Assembly (NCBI GenBank): GCA_950097015.1
Contig: CATNEN010000037.1
Coordinates: 3,038,001-3,102,000, forward strand
Length of the DNA: 64,000 bases
Direction: 5' to 3'
Source: Macrostomum hystrix
Taxonomy: Eukaryota; Animalia; Platyhelminthes
Shown in pieces: positions 61,476 to 64,000 of this stretch (position 1 is the stretch's first letter; each line of letters starts with the position of its first letter). The position numbers and the translations under genes are program-made. The notes below the pieces were generated by a model that was not told the DNA's origin, searched no databases, and was given only the letters and a program-made list of their open reading frames with translations.

Positions 61476-62749
61476 TACTCTATATTTTACCTCTTAGCCT
61501 TACAGAGACAGTCTAGAATGATGCAGTCTGGTTGATGTGAATAATGTAAAGTATTTCTCTGCCAGTAGATATTAAAAAGCAATTGTCTTGATTGGTCAGT
61601 GTTTGGTCAATCTGCTGCAGTTGCCACACGTGCTGTCTAGCGGGGATCGAGCAAATAAACAAAACGGATCGTCCCCAACTTGGCTAATAATCAGTGAATG
61701 CATCGAAGGGTCACTGCAGTGCTGTCCCTATGCGTCATCATTATTACTGCTCAGTCCTAGGCACTGATGCAATCACCTGACTATAACATAGCATCGAACG
61801 CCTGCAGTGTATAATCTTTCAGCTCCTCTTCTTCTTTTTAGTTTGCTAGAAAAAGGTCGCGCCATAAAAGTTATTAGTCACGAAATTGTTGCGGGACCAG
61901 ATTTTTCTTCCTGTGTGGCCATTGCTGGCTTTTTGTGTTAATCTGCAACAAGATTCTTTTTCTACATTGGTTGGTTATTCCTTACCCATTGTGGAGGAAG
62001 ATTTTGGACAGCTGTCCATCTGTCTGTCGGGATCGACCGCCATTGCTGGTGCTGCTGCTGCTGCTGCTGCTGCTGCTTACATCTGTTTCTCCGAATCTAT
62101 TCTCTCCCCTCTTACCCTCAATATGTAAATGTTATAGTGGTCAGTTTTGCATTCGGAATTGAAATAATATCATTTAAGCCTTGAATAACAAAAAAATGTA
62201 TTATTTTTTTAGTGCAATAAAAAATCTAAGTCTAGACTGCTGGGTGTACGTTATCTTCTGTCGCGATAAAAAAGCTTTCTTGTCAACTCCATTCCAAATA
62301 GTTTTTGTAACAAAAAATTTCCCCCTACAGGAAGTGAGCCATTATTGCATAGTTTTACTTTATTCAAATTCATACACGATAAAATCCACTTTTTTACCAG
62401 TCAGTGGTGTTAACGTACAGTGGCAACCATCAACGAAAGCATCAACTATTTCTCTTACACTAAAATAGTGTTACAAAAATAGTTTTAAAAATTCTCTGAT
62501 TCTGAAATGTCAGACGTGTCTGAAAAATAATGATGCCAGTAGAATTTTGGGCTGAAATTCGCTGCTGCCTTTTTTGCACTCCAAACAGACGGCAAAGTGA
62601 TTCAAAGAATTTCAAAGCTCTCTCTTTTAGTCTTAAATGTCAGTTTTTTGCACAATCTTTTGGCTGAACAGCATTGTACATTATAGTACAGCATTATATC
62701 ATATCGTACTATATAACATTACATATACTCGCAGCATTCAATAACATCA

Positions 62750-63510
62750 GTATACAGCATCAGACACAACAGTACAGCATCAGACACAACAGTACAGCAT
62801 CAGACACAACAGTACAGCATCAGACACAGCAGTACAGCATCAGACACAGCAGTACAGCATCAGACACAGCAGTACAGCATCAGACACAGCAGTACAGCAT
62901 CAGACACAGCAGTACAGCATCAGACACAGCAGTACAGCATCAGACACAACAGTACAGCATCAGACACAGCAGTACAGCATCAGACACAGCAGTACAGCAT
63001 CAGACACAGCAGTACAGCAGCATCAGACACAGCAGTACAGCAGCATCAGACACAACAGTACAGCATCAGACACAACAGTACAGCATCAGACACAGCAGTA
63101 CAGCATCAGACACAGCAGTACAGCATCAGACACAGCAGTACAGCAGCATCAGACACAGCAGTACAGCAGCATCAGAAACAGCAGTACAGCAGCATCAGAC
63201 ACAACAGTACAGCATCAGACACAGCAGTACAGCATCAGACACAGCAGTACAGCATCAGACACAGCAGTACAGCAGCATCAGACACTGCAGTACAGCATCA
63301 GACGCAGCAGTACAGCAGCATCAGACACAGCAGTACAGCAGCATCAGACACAGCAGTACAGCATCAGACACAGCAGTACAGCAGCATCAGACACAGCAGT
63401 ACAGCAGCATCAGACACAGCAGTACAGCAGCATCAGACACAACAGTACAGCATCAGACACAGCAGTACAGAATCAGACACAGCAGTACAGCATCAGACGC
63501 AGCAGTGCAG
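62750..63510. repeat. 20/23-bp tandem (cagcatcagacacagcagta)
   Basis: Direct periodicity. Confidence 0.96.
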
Positions 63511-64000
63511 TGTGAAAAATGCGGGCCATTGGGTCGGACTGACCACACTTAGTGTGCGCGGATAATTAAGAAAAAAGGTTCAAATTAAGAAAAAAACTTG
63601 CTTGGCTTCACAGTTGTGTGAATACCGGGTGGTTCCGAATATTCGCATTTGAATTGGAACTAATTGATACAATTATTCATATATTTCGCAATTTTTAAAT
63701 CTTCTTGTTGTTCCCAAGTCGTGTGGTAATAAATGCATAACTTTATTATTTATAGTTATTCGGGTGATATACTTGTATATTTTATAACTGTACCTAAACT
63801 TGTCTCATAAAATTCATAAGCCTTTTGTGATCAAGGATTTGCTGGACCACGTGACCTCACGGGTATTATTTAACCCCCCTGTGCACATTCTGTAGGGCAA
63901 ATATTCATAATATTTTTATGACTGAGTTTATGGCGCCAAAAACTGTTTTAAAATTTAGCAGTAAAAACAATGGTCTTGGTGAATTTCACAAAACCAGCTG

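Noticed and set aside
61750-62100. Possible minus-strand exons (Ser-rich ...SKIFLHNG|KLKRRRGAERLY...)
   Set aside because: Plausible splice signals but no recognisable homology or complete frame
7-63552. Long ORFs of periodic peptides (e.g. 7-1164, 13147-13962, 15317-16589, 25194-26099, 29489-30451, 58208-58962, 60363-61535, 62674-63552)
   Set aside because: They are translations of stop-free minisatellites, often open in several frames and located in introns

Overview
Eukaryotic (metazoan) genomic DNA with GC-rich spliced coding exons, poly-Q/poly-P tracts and introns packed with minisatellites. The style fits a free-living flatworm such as Macrostomum, but that is inference. By hand I assembled ten spliced genes, checking splice phases at each junction. 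They are: a divergent PKA-like kinase (+, 4210-7792); the C-terminal part of neurofibromin (+, 9832-14401); SMG6/EST1A (+, 18033-26553); a PH-PTB IRS/DOK-like adaptor (-); a cysteine-rich type I membrane protein (+); polycystin-2 (-); an apparent DZANK1-like/annexin chimera (-, 46661-52187); CFAP73/CCDC42-like (-); and NIPSNAP (+, 5' end unresolved). The chimera counts as two genes if it is not co-spliced. Mobile DNA comprises two tRNA-derived SINE families (six and three copies, several with TSDs, one family with a CORE-like domain), a hAT MITE with a perfect 8-bp TSD, and an internally deleted Tc1 element. About 33 tandem arrays with largely unrelated 5-53 bp units account for most long ORFs in the supplied track, which are artefacts. 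Best leads: the DZANK1-annexin fusion; a co-oriented ciliary gene trio with trans-splice-like acceptors; inverted minisatellites bracketing SMG6 exons 1-2 next to a GC donor; a probable PKA pseudokinase; and an orphan NF1 C-terminus. Family assignments rest on recalled sequence motifs, not database searches, and array boundaries are approximate.
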